Of a DNA stretch of 64,000 bases, positions 15,888 through 25,530 are shown one piece after another. This DNA is from Acholeplasma sp. (GTDB lineage: Bacteria; Bacillota_I; Bacilli_A; Acholeplasmatales; UBA5453). The notes below the pieces were generated by a model. That model searched no databases. It was not told the origin of the DNA and saw only the letters and a program-made list of their open reading frames with translations. The stretch spans positions 34,218 to 98,217 of the forward strand of contig JAVESF010000003.1 in assembly GCA_034006765.1 (NCBI GenBank). Reading direction: 5' to 3'. Position 1 is the stretch's first letter. The number at the start of each line of letters is the position of its first letter. Position numbers and translations under genes: made by a program.

Positions 15888-18518
15888 TTATTTTTTTCTA
15901 GGGTTTTTGATTTGTGCATGTGCAGCCGCTAGACGTGCGATTGGCACTCTAAATGGTGAACATGATACGTAGTCTAAACCGATTGAATGGCAGAATTCCA
16001 CAGATTGAGGGTCTCCACCATGTTCGCCACAAATACCTGTTTTAATAGAAGGTCTTGTGACATTACCCAATTCAACACCCATCTTCATGAGTTTTCCGAC
16101 GCCTCTTTGGTCTATGTGAGCAAATGGGTCAGATTCATAAATCTTGGTCTTATAGTAGTCAGGTAAGAACTTACCAGCATCATCACGGCTAAAGCCGAAA
16201 GTCATTTGTGTTAAGTCGTTAGTACCAAATGAGAAGAACTCAGCTTCTTTAGCGATTTCATCCGCTAATAACGCAGCTCTTGGGATTTCAATCATTGTAC
16301 CTACAAGGTATTTGATGTCTAATCCAGATTCTTTAATTAGTTTGTCAGCAGTTTTTACAACCAGTTTCTTAACGAAGTTAAATTCTCTTACTTCGCCTAC
16401 TAATGGAATCATGATTTCTGGTACAACAGTTAACCCTTCTTTAGTCACTTGGATAGCGGCTTCGATAACGGCTCTGGTTTGCATTTCTGCAATTTCAGGA
16501 TAAGTTACTGAAAGTCTAACACCACGGTGGCCTAACATTGGGTTAGTTTCGTGTAAGTCTTCGATGGTTCTCTTTAATTCATCAAATGAAAGGTTCATTT
16601 CTTTTGCTAAATCTTTGATTTCTTGATCTGTATGAGGCACGAATTCATGTAGAGGTGGGTCTAAGTATCTAACGGTTACGGCATAGCCTTCCATTTCCTT
16701 ATAAAGTTTGACGAAGTCTTCTCTTTGCATTGGTAATAACTTAGCAAGTGCAGCTTCTCTTTCTTTTAAGTTCTTAGCCACAATCATTTCACGGATTGCT
16801 TTAATACGGGTTGCTTCAAAGAACATATGTTCAGTACGGCATAGACCAATACCTTCAGCACCAAACTCTCTTGCTTGATGAGCATCTCTTGGTGTATCAG
16901 CGTTAGTTCTCACTTTTAGTACTCTAATTTCGTCTGCCCATGACATTAATGTTGCAAAGTCACCAGAGACAGTAGCTTCAACAGTTGAAATCTTTTCACC
17001 ATAAACAAAACCAGTTGATCCATCGATTGAGATGTAATCACCTTCGTTAAACTTTTGGCCATTAACTGTGAAGAATTTACCTGCTTCATTTACTTTAACT
17101 TCACCAGCACCAGCAACACAGCATGTACCCATGCCACGTGCAACAACGGCAGCATGTGAGGTCATTCCACCACGTGCTGTTAAAATACCTGAGGCGATTA
17201 CCATACCTTCGATGTCTTCAGGTGAAGTTTCTTGTCTAACAAGAACCACAGGAAGTTTATCTTTTTTCACTAAATCAGCAGCTCTTTCAGCTGTAAATAC
17301 GACTCTACCGTAAGCAGCACCTGGTGATGCAGCTAAGCCTTGAGTAATAGGTTTTGCAGCTTTAATTGCTTTTGGGTCAAAGGTTGGGTGTAGTAATGAG
17401 TCTAATTGTGCAGGTTCAACTTTTAAAATGGCTTCTTCCTTAGTTAATAAACCTTCGTTAACTAGGTCAATCGCAAGTTTAACAGCTGCTTGTGCAGTTC
17501 TCTTACCATTACGAGTTTGAAGCATGTATAATTTACCTTTTTCAATGGTAAATTCCATGTCTTGCATATCTCTGTAGTGTTGTTCTAATTTTTTAGAAAT
17601 ATCATGGAATTCGTTATAAAGTGCTTCGTTGTCTTGTTTTAATTCTGAGATCGGTTTTGGTGTACGAATACCAGCAACAACGTCTTCACCTTGTGCGTTA
17701 AATAAGTACTCTCCATATAAAACGTCTTCACCAGTAGCAGGGTTTCTAGAGAATGCAACCCCTGTACCTGAGTCAAGACCCATGTTACCAAATACCATGC
17801 CTTGAACGTTTACTGCAGTTCCCCATTCATAAGGAATGTGGTTTAACATACGGTAAGTGTTGGCTCTTGGATTATCCCATGATCTAAATACAGCTGTGAT
17901 GGCTTCAATAAGCTGTACTTTTGGATCTTGAGGGAATGCGTCACCTTTTAATGCTTCGTATTTTACAAGGTAGCGTCTTACAAGTTCTTTTAAATCATCT
18001 GCATCTAAGTCGGTATCTAAATGAACCCCCTTAGCTTCTTTCATTTCTTCGAGAAGTGCTTCAAAATTTGCCTTTTCGATTTCCATAACAACGTCCGCGA
18101 ACATTTGGATGAATCTTCTATAAGAGTCATACGCAAAACGTGGGTTGTTGGTTAGTTTTGCTAAACCTTCTACGGCTTTATCCGTTAAACCTAGGTTTAG
18201 GATAGTGTCCATCATACCTGGCATTGAGGCTCTTGCGCCTGAACGAACAGATACTAAAAATGGGTTTTCGCTGTCTCCAAATTTCTTTCCAAATTCTTTT
18301 TCAGTTGCTGCTAAAGCTTCAAAAATTTGGTCTACAACATCTTGTGTGATTACTTTACCGTCGTGGTAGTATTTGTTACATGCTTCTGTTGTAACCGTGA
18401 ATCCTTGTGGAACTGGTAAGCCTAGGCTTGACATTTCTGCAAGGTTTGCACCTTTACCACCAAGTAGGTTTTTCATGCTTGCTTGTCCTTCTTTGAACAA
18501 ATATACGTACTTAGTCAT
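15888..18518 (-). CDS. ppdK: pyruvate, phosphate dikinase
   Basis: Full-length match to PPDK architecture. Phospho-His motif GGMTSHAAVVARG, N-terminal ATP-grasp, C-terminal GICGEHGGDP. Start set at MTKYVYLF (ATG 18518, RBS AAGGAAG). Confidence 0.95.
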   Translation of the reverse strand: MTKYVYLFKEGQASMKNLLGGKGANLAEMSSLGLPVPQGFTVTTEACNKYYHDGKVITQDVVDQIFEALAATEKEFGKKFGDSENPFLVSVRSGARASMPGMMDTILNLGLTDKAVEGLAKLTNNPRFAYDSYRRFIQMFADVVMEIEKANFEALLEEMKEAKGVHLDTDLDADDLKELVRRYLVKYEALKGDAFPQDPKVQLIEAITAVFRSWDNPRANTYRMLNHIPYEWGTAVNVQGMVFGNMGLDSGTGVAFSRNPATGEDVLYGEYLFNAQGEDVVAGIRTPKPISELKQDNEALYNEFHDISKKLEQHYRDMQDMEFTIEKGKLYMLQTRNGKRTAQAAVKLAIDLVNEGLLTKEEAILKVEPAQLDSLLHPTFDPKAIKAAKPITQGLAASPGAAYGRVVFTAERAADLVKKDKLPVVLVRQETSPEDIEGMVIASGILTARGGMTSHAAVVARGMGTCCVAGAGEVKVNEAGKFFTVNGQKFNEGDYISIDGSTGFVYGEKISTVEATVSGDFATLMSWADEIRVLKVRTNADTPRDAHQAREFGAEGIGLCRTEHMFFEATRIKAIREMIVAKNLKEREAALAKLLPMQREDFVKLYKEMEGYAVTVRYLDPPLHEFVPHTDQEIKDLAKEMNLSFDELKRTIEDLHETNPMLGHRGVRLSVTYPEIAEMQTRAVIEAAIQVTKEGLTVVPEIMIPLVGEVREFNFVKKLVVKTADKLIKESGLDIKYLVGTMIEIPRAALLADEIAKEAEFFSFGTNDLTQMTFGFSRDDAGKFLPDYYKTKIYESDPFAHIDQRGVGKLMKMGVELGNVTRPSIKTGICGEHGGDPQSVEFCHSIGLDYVSCSPFRVPIARLAAAHAQIKNPRKK

Positions 18519-18645
18519 TGTATCTTCCTTTCTAACGATTTTCATACATTTTAATTATAGCAACAAAATATCAAAAAGACAACGATTAACGCACGCATGT
18601 ACGTAAATGCGCACGATATTGTACTTTTAACTACATATATATTTA

Positions 18646-18654
18646 TGGTATACT
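18646..18654 (+). promoter_or_regulatory. candidate extended -10 element for the DHH-DHH-ttcA-mgtC operon
   Basis: TGgTATACT about 60 nt upstream of the ATG at 18713. Confidence 0.35.
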
Positions 18655-18712
18655 ATTATAAGGCACCCCAGAAAAATATGCCTTAACACAGTTGAAAGGG
18701 TGAAACGATTAT

Positions 18713-19657
18713 ATGAATTATCAACCATTATTAACCAAGATTATTAACTACAAAACAATCATTATTCACAGGCATTCAAAACCGGATTTTGATGCGATTG
18801 GATCTCAAGTAGGGTTAAAGGAAATCATTTTGGAAAACTTTCCAAATAAGCAAGTCTATGTGGTCGGAGACTCAAACAAATTTGACAAAGACAACGAGAT
18901 GCAAGTGATTGAAGATGCGATTTATGAGAAGGCACTTGTATTCATTTTAGATGTCGCAGTTAGTCATATGGTGTCTGATGACAGATATAAAATGGCTAAA
19001 GAGGTTATTGTCATTGACCACCATAAGAACGATTGTAACATTGAAGAAGCTTCCCTAGTTATTAGTGATCCGAGTTATTCAGCTTGTGCAGAGTTAATTA
19101 CAGACATGGCACTAGAGTTAAACTTAAAAATCAACGAAAAAGCTGCCTCTTATCTCTATGCTGGCATAGTGACAGATACAGGTAGGTTTCAATGGATGCA
19201 TGAACCTGAACGTGTGTTTTTGGTTGCCTCCATTCTTACAAGCTTAGGGGCAAAGACAACAGAACTTTATGATTTTTTATATGTGGATTCTTTGGAAAGT
19301 AAGAAGCTAAAGACTTTTTTCCAAAGTAGATTTATTTATGAAGATGGCGTTGCCTTCTTAAAAAATGATCAAGATGTTTTTGAACAATTCGACATCGACG
19401 TATTTTCAGTTTCTAGAGGGATGGTTAATTTAGCAGCAGGGATTGAAGAAATCAAAATATGGTTAAACTTTACCTATGATAAAGACAAAGACATTATTTT
19501 AGGTGAATTTAGATCAAGAGGTGTTAAAATCGTTGATATCGCTAAGAAATATGGTGGCGGTGGGCACGAACAAGCTTGTGGTGCAAGCCTCAAGACTTGG
19601 GATGAAGTAGAACAAGTCATTCATGACTATAAACAATTACTAAAGGAGAATAAATAG
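18713..19657 (+). CDS. DHH/DHHA1 phosphoesterase, NrnA-like (nanoRNase/pAp phosphatase or pApA/c-di-AMP phosphodiesterase), paralog 1
   Basis: HRHSKPDFDAIGS, VIDHHKN (DHH), GGGHEQACGA (DHHA1). Confidence 0.85.
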   Translation: MNYQPLLTKIINYKTIIIHRHSKPDFDAIGSQVGLKEIILENFPNKQVYVVGDSNKFDKDNEMQVIEDAIYEKALVFILDVAVSHMVSDDRYKMAKEVIVIDHHKNDCNIEEASLVISDPSYSACAELITDMALELNLKINEKAASYLYAGIVTDTGRFQWMHEPERVFLVASILTSLGAKTTELYDFLYVDSLESKKLKTFFQSRFIYEDGVAFLKNDQDVFEQFDIDVFSVSRGMVNLAAGIEEIKIWLNFTYDKDKDIILGEFRSRGVKIVDIAKKYGGGGHEQACGASLKTWDEVEQVIHDYKQLLKENK

Positions 19658-19658
19658 T

Positions 19659-20606
19659 ATGATTAATCCAATTATTTTAAAGAAAATTAAGGCTTATGAT
19701 AGAATCATCATTCACGGGCATCAAAGACCAGACGGTGACTGTTATGGCGCTCAGTTTGGGCTTAAAGACATTATAAGTAATTCATTTCCAAACAAGGAAG
19801 TTTATGTGGTGGGAGAAACTTCAGATTTTGTAAGTTTTGTTGGTAAACCAGATATCATTGAAGATAGCCTTTATGAAGGGGCACTATCCATCGTAGTTGA
19901 CACAGCCACAGAAGAAAGAATATCTGACAAACGTTATAAATTAGGTAAAGAAGTGATCAAAATTGATCACCACATTCCGGTCAATGATTATGGTGATTAT
20001 CGCTGGGTAGATACCAATTACCCGTCTTGTGCACAAATGATTGCTCATTTTTATACACATTATAAAAAAGAGTTAAAGTTAGGCTATGAAGGGGCACTTG
20101 CGATGTATACAGGGATTCTTACCGATACGGGTAGATTCCGTTTTAGAGGTGTCTCTAAACAAACCCACGAAATGGCGGGGATGTTGTTGACTAAGGGTGT
20201 CGATGTAGAATATGTAGATGGGAAACTATCTGTTGAAACACTTGCGATGACACGTCTTAAAGGCTATATTTTATCGCATTTTGTAACCACTGAAAAAGGG
20301 TTTATCTATGTGATACTTACAAGAGACGTGATTAAAGAATACGGTGTAACAGATGAACAAGCCGCATCAATGGTCTCTATGATTGGTGGCATTGAAGGCT
20401 ATCCTGTATGGGCCATCATCTTAGAATATCCAAATGATGAAATCCGTATTAGATTACGTTCAAGAGGACCGGTTATCTCAACACTTGCCAATGAATTTGG
20501 TGGTGGTGGCCATGCGAAAGCATCTGGCGCTAAACTAGAAAACTGGAATCAACTGGATGCGTTTATTAGTCGTGTAGGCGATTATTTAGACGAATACAAT
20601 AAGTAG
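19659..20606 (+). CDS. DHH/DHHA1 phosphoesterase, NrnA-like, paralog 2
   Basis: HGHQRPDGDCYGA, KIDHHIP, GGGHAKASGA. Starts 1 nt after the paralog 1 stop. Clear N-terminal similarity to paralog 1. Confidence 0.85.
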   Translation: MINPIILKKIKAYDRIIIHGHQRPDGDCYGAQFGLKDIISNSFPNKEVYVVGETSDFVSFVGKPDIIEDSLYEGALSIVVDTATEERISDKRYKLGKEVIKIDHHIPVNDYGDYRWVDTNYPSCAQMIAHFYTHYKKELKLGYEGALAMYTGILTDTGRFRFRGVSKQTHEMAGMLLTKGVDVEYVDGKLSVETLAMTRLKGYILSHFVTTEKGFIYVILTRDVIKEYGVTDEQAASMVSMIGGIEGYPVWAIILEYPNDEIRIRLRSRGPVISTLANEFGGGGHAKASGAKLENWNQLDAFISRVGDYLDEYNK

Positions 20607-20614
20607 GTATCCAA

Positions 20615-21487
20615 ATGGAAATCAGAGAGGTTTGTGAAAGAATTGTTGTCACAGAACCGCTTCAATCATTAGAACATATTGAAAGAAGTATCATAAAGAC
20701 ATATCGAAAAGACATTTGGGCTAAGTTCATCAAGGCAGTTAAAGATTATAAATTAATTGAAGAAGGCGACAAGGTCGCAGTGGGCATTAGTGGTGGTAAA
20801 GACTCTTTACTTCTAGCAAAACTGATTCAAGAACTGCATAAACACAGCATCGTGAAATTCGATGTGGTGTATTTGGCAATGGACCCTGGATTTAATCCAG
20901 TCAACTTGGATTTATTGAAGACAAACTGTCAATACTTAAACATACCTGTAATCATTAGAAACTCAAACGTATTTGCTGTTGCAGGAAAGATTGCATCTGA
21001 TAACCCATGTTACATGTGTGCTAGGATGCGTAGAGGCTTTTTATATAACGCAGCACAGGAACTTGGGTGTAACAAACTTGCTTTGGGGCATCATTTTGAT
21101 GATGTTATAGAGACCACCATGTTAAATGTATTATATGGCGGACAGTTTAAGACAATGGTTCCAAAAATCACTGCGGACAACTTTGACAATATTGAACTTA
21201 TTAGACCTATGTTTTACATCAAAGAAAACGACATTATTCGTTTTACCACATCAAGCGGTATTCAATCTATGAATTGTGGTTGTACCGTAGTGGCTAGCAG
21301 GACTTCTTCGAAAAGAAGAGAGATTAAACACCTAATAGCAGATTTAAGAAAGATACATCCAGAAGTCGATCAGTCGATTTTTAAAGCTTCAGAGAATGTA
21401 AACATCAACGCTGTATTAGGTTGTCAATACGAGGATAAAAAGTATCATTTTAACGATATATATGAAGAAAGGAATAAGAAAAAATGA
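20615..21487 (+). CDS. ttcA: PP-loop ATPase, TtcA-family tRNA 2-thiocytidine biosynthesis protein
   Basis: PP-loop SGGKDS. Cys motifs CYMCARMRRG and NCGC. Confidence 0.75.
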   Translation: MEIREVCERIVVTEPLQSLEHIERSIIKTYRKDIWAKFIKAVKDYKLIEEGDKVAVGISGGKDSLLLAKLIQELHKHSIVKFDVVYLAMDPGFNPVNLDLLKTNCQYLNIPVIIRNSNVFAVAGKIASDNPCYMCARMRRGFLYNAAQELGCNKLALGHHFDDVIETTMLNVLYGGQFKTMVPKITADNFDNIELIRPMFYIKENDIIRFTTSSGIQSMNCGCTVVASRTSSKRREIKHLIADLRKIHPEVDQSIFKASENVNINAVLGCQYEDKKYHFNDIYEERNKKK

Positions 21488-22020
21488 CACCATTTGACAT
21501 TGAATTACAAGTTTTTCAAAACGGTGACTTTTGGTTTAGAATACTACTACCATTAGTGATTTCCGTTGTGTTTAGTTTTTTAGTAGGACTAGAAAGACAA
21601 AACATAGGCAAGTCGGCTGGTATTTCAGCACACATCTTAATTGCAGTATCAACGACAATGCTAGGGATTGTTCAACTGTTTATGTTTGAACACCAAGGCG
21701 GTGATTCAGCAGCGGATAACCAAAGACTAATCGCACAAGTACTACCGGGGGTCGGTTTCATCGGCGCCGGGGTAATTATGAAAGGTCAAAAGAACATTAT
21801 TGGTCTTACCACTGCTGCAACCATATGGGCAACTGCTATGATGGGATTAGTAGCAGGCAGTGGTTACATACTAACCTCATTAATCTATGGCGGATTTTTG
21901 GTGGGCTTTATTTATCTTAGAGACATCAAAAGAGGGATTAACCCATTTATCCCTCACGTTCATCACGATTTTACCGATGAAGAGGACGCGAGTGCTGATG
22001 ATATTAAACGTCACGCCTAA
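21484..22020 (+). CDS. MgtC/SapB family membrane protein
   Basis: 4-nt overlap (ATGA) with ttcA. Hydrophobic N-terminal domain with GLERQ...AG motif and an acidic C-terminus. Confidence 0.7.
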   Translation: MTPFDIELQVFQNGDFWFRILLPLVISVVFSFLVGLERQNIGKSAGISAHILIAVSTTMLGIVQLFMFEHQGGDSAADNQRLIAQVLPGVGFIGAGVIMKGQKNIIGLTTAATIWATAMMGLVAGSGYILTSLIYGGFLVGFIYLRDIKRGINPFIPHVHHDFTDEEDASADDIKRHA

Positions 22021-22042
22021 ATAAGTTAACTAAAAGTGAGAA

Positions 22043-22068
22043 GAAAACGTGGGAAACTACGTTTTTTC
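22043..22068 (+). terminator. rho-independent terminator after the mgtC-like gene
   Basis: Stem AAAACGT with ACGTTTT, an 8-nt loop, then TTTTTT. Confidence 0.7.
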
Positions 22069-22089
22069 TTTAGTTTAAAAGGTCATCAA

Positions 22090-22098
22090 TGGTATAAT
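22090..22098 (+). promoter_or_regulatory. candidate extended -10 promoter element for mnmE
   Basis: TGgTATAAT at 22090-22098. Its position rules out the TTG at 22098 as the start codon. Confidence 0.5.
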
Positions 22099-22118
22099 TG
22101 AAGATAGGAAGTGATACT

Positions 22119-23471
22119 ATGATTTTAGATACAATTGCTGCAATCGCAACCCCTTTTGGGGCGTCTGGTATTGCCGTCATTAGAGTAAGCGGCATAGAGG
22201 CAATCGAAAAAGTAAATACCGTATTTAAAGGTAAAGACCTTACAAAAACCAAAAGCCACAGAGTGGTTTATGGACACATAATGGATCAATCAGGTAAAGC
22301 CATAGACGAAGTGTTGATTACGGTTTTAAGAGCGCCAAGAACTTTCACCAGGGAAGACACCATTGAAGTGTCTTGTCATGGCGGTATTTTAGTGACTCAA
22401 AAAGTATTGGAAATCATTCTAGAAACAGGCGTAAAACTAGCTGAACCTGGCGAGTTTTCTAAACGTGCTTTTGTTAATGGACGTATTGATTTAACCCAAG
22501 CCGAAGCCATCATGGATTTAATACATGCAAAAAACGAAAATGCCATGAAACTGGCATTATCCGGTCTTAAAGGCGACATTAAAAACAGGATTGAATCCCT
22601 AAGAGAATTGGTCTTAGGTTTGGTTGCGAAGATCGAGGTAAACATTGATTATCCGGAGTATGATGATGCAGTTGTCATGGGCAGTGAAATCATCAAACCA
22701 GAAGTACTGTTAATAAAAGAAAAACTATTGGCGTTATTGGATGATGCAGACAAAGGCAAAATCATCAGAGAGGGCGTTAAAACGGCTATTGTAGGTAAAC
22801 CTAATGTCGGTAAAAGTAGTTTATTAAATGCCTTACTTAACGAAGAACGTGCCATTGTAACAGATATCGAAGGGACTACAAGAGACACCATTGAGGCATA
22901 TATTAATATGGGTGGGATTACATTAAATTTGATCGACACTGCAGGCATTCGCGAAACCAGTGACGTTGTCGAAAAAATTGGGGTAGACCGTTCTAAAAAA
23001 GCGATTGAGTCGGCAGAATTGGTAATCCTTGTTTTGGACCAAAGCAGAAAACTTTCAAAAGAAGATGAACTTCTACTTGAACAGACCAAACATAAAAAAC
23101 GCATCATTGTAGGTAATAAAAATGATTTAGACAAAGCATTGGAACTTGAAGACTTACATTTACTAAGCATGTCTACGCTAACAAGGTCTGGATTAAAAGA
23201 ACTCGAAAAAGAAATCATCCAAGTACTTGGCATGTCAGACATTAAAGACAAAGATTTTAACATTTTGTCTAATGTCAGACATATCGGCAAGATAAAGGAC
23301 ACCATAGAAGCGCTAAATGCCGTTTTAGAGGCAATTGAAATTGAAATGCCTATCGATATGGTGGAAATTGATTTAAAGAAAGCCTGGCAGTATTTAGGTG
23401 AGATTACAGGCGATTATCATCCAGAAGATTTAATCAGTGAATTGTTTTCAAAATTCTGTTTAGGAAAGTAA
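22119..23471 (+). CDS. mnmE: tRNA modification GTPase MnmE
   Basis: N-terminal DTIAAIATP, G1 GKPNVGKSSLLN, C-terminal CLGK. ATG 22119 with AGGAAG RBS. Confidence 0.9.
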   Translation: MILDTIAAIATPFGASGIAVIRVSGIEAIEKVNTVFKGKDLTKTKSHRVVYGHIMDQSGKAIDEVLITVLRAPRTFTREDTIEVSCHGGILVTQKVLEIILETGVKLAEPGEFSKRAFVNGRIDLTQAEAIMDLIHAKNENAMKLALSGLKGDIKNRIESLRELVLGLVAKIEVNIDYPEYDDAVVMGSEIIKPEVLLIKEKLLALLDDADKGKIIREGVKTAIVGKPNVGKSSLLNALLNEERAIVTDIEGTTRDTIEAYINMGGITLNLIDTAGIRETSDVVEKIGVDRSKKAIESAELVILVLDQSRKLSKEDELLLEQTKHKKRIIVGNKNDLDKALELEDLHLLSMSTLTRSGLKELEKEIIQVLGMSDIKDKDFNILSNVRHIGKIKDTIEALNAVLEAIEIEMPIDMVEIDLKKAWQYLGEITGDYHPEDLISELFSKFCLGK

Positions 23472-23479
23472 GAATTACA

Positions 23480-23498
23480 TATCATATATGATATAATA
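23480..23498 (+). promoter_or_regulatory. candidate dnaX promoter -10 overlapped by a 16-bp perfect palindrome
   Basis: ATATCATATATGATAT at 23480-23495. TATAAT at 23493-23498. Confidence 0.4.
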
Positions 23499-23519
23499 CT
23501 TTAGAAAGGAGTGTGTGCT

Positions 23520-25235
23520 ATGTCTTATCAAGCTTTATATAGAACTTATCGACCTAAGAATTTTACTGAAGTAGCTGGTCAAGAAGTGATTGTAAAAACG
23601 TTACAAAATGCGCTATTACATGACAAAATTGCACATGCTTACCTATTCAGCGGACCAAGAGGAACTGGTAAAACAAGTATCGCTAAGATTCTTGCTAAAG
23701 CAGTGAACTGCGAACATGCACCTGTTAAAGATGCTTGCGGAGAGTGTGCCACTTGTCAAGCAATCCAATCAGGTGTTATCTCTGATGTGGTTGAAATCGA
23801 TGCCGCTTCCAACAATGGTGTAGATGAGATTAGAGATTTAAGAGAAAAAGTTAAGTACTTACCCTCTATGGCGAAATATAAAGTGTATATCATTGATGAA
23901 GTTCATATGTTATCTACAGGGGCATTTAATGCACTTTTAAAAACATTAGAAGAACCGCCTAAACACGTGATATTCATTTTAGCAACCACAGAACCAAATA
24001 AGATACCTGCGACGATATTGTCTCGTTGCCAAAGGTTCGACTTTAGGGGTATTTCACCTAAAGATATAGAAAAAAAATTACACACAATTAAAACGATTGA
24101 ACAAGTCGAAATCACAGATGAAGCGATTACTGAAATAGCTCGCTATGCAGAAGGTGGATTACGTGATGCCCTTAGTTTACTCGATCAAGCCATCTCTTTT
24201 TCGGATTCTATTGTAACAGAAGAAGATGTTTACGCTGTCAGCGGTTCGGTTTCAAAAACAAACTTGATGAAACTGCTTAATTTTATTTTCAACAAGGAAA
24301 CAACGGATGCGTTTTCACTATTAAATGATATGATTGAAGATGGCAAAGAAGTTTCTAAAATTGTCTCAGATTTAATTTCAACCTTGAGAGACCTTCTCAT
24401 TGAAAAGAATGTCGTATTTGACGCGGTTAGACCCACTAAATATTTAGAAGAATTATCTAAACAATATTCAAACGATCGAATCTATTTTTATTTAGACATT
24501 TTAAATGGCACTCAAAATGACATCAAGTGGAGCAACCAAAAAAGAGCCTACTTAGAACTGGCAATTGTCAAAATGATTGATCATAAACAAATAGACAGAA
24601 TCGATTATCAAGAAGGTTTGGAGATATTAAACAAACGCATTAGTGGCTTGGAGTTTGAACTGTCTAAGCTCAAAACAATGCCTAGAGAACCTATCAAAAA
24701 GGCAATCAATAACAATCAAGAACAACTGGATAAAGTTGCAATTGAAACAGATAAAAAAGAACTTGTCACTGTTAAAGATATTGAACGTATTTTGAACAAT
24801 GGCGATGTGGATAAGAAGCAGTTAATGCTTAAGGGTTGGGATCGTTTACCGCAAATCAAAGACCCAAAATTGGAAACAACCGCTATGTTGTTACATGAAG
24901 CTAAATTGGTTGCCGCCACTGAAAAAGAAATACTCTTAGTATACCCAAATAAGGTGAATTGCCGGTTAATGATGAAAAAACAAAACAAATCATTGGTGTT
25001 TGATATTCTCAATGCTAAAACAGATTTGATTGATGATTTTATTTGTATTGATGAGGCGTCTTGGAAGATTTTGTTTGATTCATTCATATCTCAGTGGAAA
25101 TCAGGCAATAAAAAACCATCCTTACCAAAAATGGATTTAGAGTTATACGAAGAAACAGAAGATACTTGGCAACCAGGATCGGTTGCACTTGCCATTGATT
25201 TTTTTGGCAAAGATAAAGTCATGATAAAGGAGTAA
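23520..25235 (+). CDS. dnaX: DNA polymerase III subunit gamma/tau
   Basis: GPRGTGKTS Walker A, Zn module CGECATC, SRC motif. ATG 23520 preceded by AAAGGAG. Confidence 0.9.
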   Translation: MSYQALYRTYRPKNFTEVAGQEVIVKTLQNALLHDKIAHAYLFSGPRGTGKTSIAKILAKAVNCEHAPVKDACGECATCQAIQSGVISDVVEIDAASNNGVDEIRDLREKVKYLPSMAKYKVYIIDEVHMLSTGAFNALLKTLEEPPKHVIFILATTEPNKIPATILSRCQRFDFRGISPKDIEKKLHTIKTIEQVEITDEAITEIARYAEGGLRDALSLLDQAISFSDSIVTEEDVYAVSGSVSKTNLMKLLNFIFNKETTDAFSLLNDMIEDGKEVSKIVSDLISTLRDLLIEKNVVFDAVRPTKYLEELSKQYSNDRIYFYLDILNGTQNDIKWSNQKRAYLELAIVKMIDHKQIDRIDYQEGLEILNKRISGLEFELSKLKTMPREPIKKAINNNQEQLDKVAIETDKKELVTVKDIERILNNGDVDKKQLMLKGWDRLPQIKDPKLETTAMLLHEAKLVAATEKEILLVYPNKVNCRLMMKKQNKSLVFDILNAKTDLIDDFICIDEASWKILFDSFISQWKSGNKKPSLPKMDLELYEETEDTWQPGSVALAIDFFGKDKVMIKE

Positions 25236-25241
25236 ATAGAC

Positions 25242-25529
25242 ATGAACCAAAATATGATTAGAAAACTACAAAAGTTACAAAAGGAAATGCAAGAAACCCA
25301 AGAAAGACTTCAAATGACAGAATTCGAAGGACAAGCAAGTGGGGTTAAAATCGTCATGTTAGGGTCACACCAAATTGTGGATGTGAAACTAGACAAAGAA
25401 TTGTTAGAAGACATCGAAATGTTACAAGATGCCATTGTTGCGGCAGTGAATAATGCCGTTGCGGTCGTAGACAAAACAACCTCAGATGAAATGAGTCGAT
25501 TCACTGCAGGCATGGGTATGGGATTTTAA
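25242..25529 (+). CDS. ybaB: nucleoid-associated protein YbaB/EbfC
   Basis: Size of about 95 aa, KLQKLQKEMQETQERL helix, and the conserved position between dnaX and recR. Confidence 0.85.
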   Translation: MNQNMIRKLQKLQKEMQETQERLQMTEFEGQASGVKIVMLGSHQIVDVKLDKELLEDIEMLQDAIVAAVNNAVAVVDKTTSDEMSRFTAGMGMGF

Positions 25530-25530
25530 A

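Noticed and set aside
22649-23305. 218-aa antisense ORF inside mnmE. Similar antisense ORFs lie inside ftsH (33736..34245), dnaX (24716..25087), pullulanase (58899..59261) and pgi (50168..50455).
   Set aside because: The opposite strand encodes highly conserved proteins with clear motifs. The antisense products are low-complexity and lack translation signals.
24068-24077. A8 run (GAA AAA AAA TTA) in dnaX as a possible programmed -1 frameshift site producing a gamma subunit. A second A-rich site lies at about 25098..25106.
   Set aside because: The first site lies inside the AAA+ module (about residue 185), so a frameshift product would be non-functional. The second would remove only about 40 residues and is not a canonical X XXY YYZ heptamer in frame. 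No downstream stem-loop was seen, and Firmicute dnaX genes are not known to frameshift.
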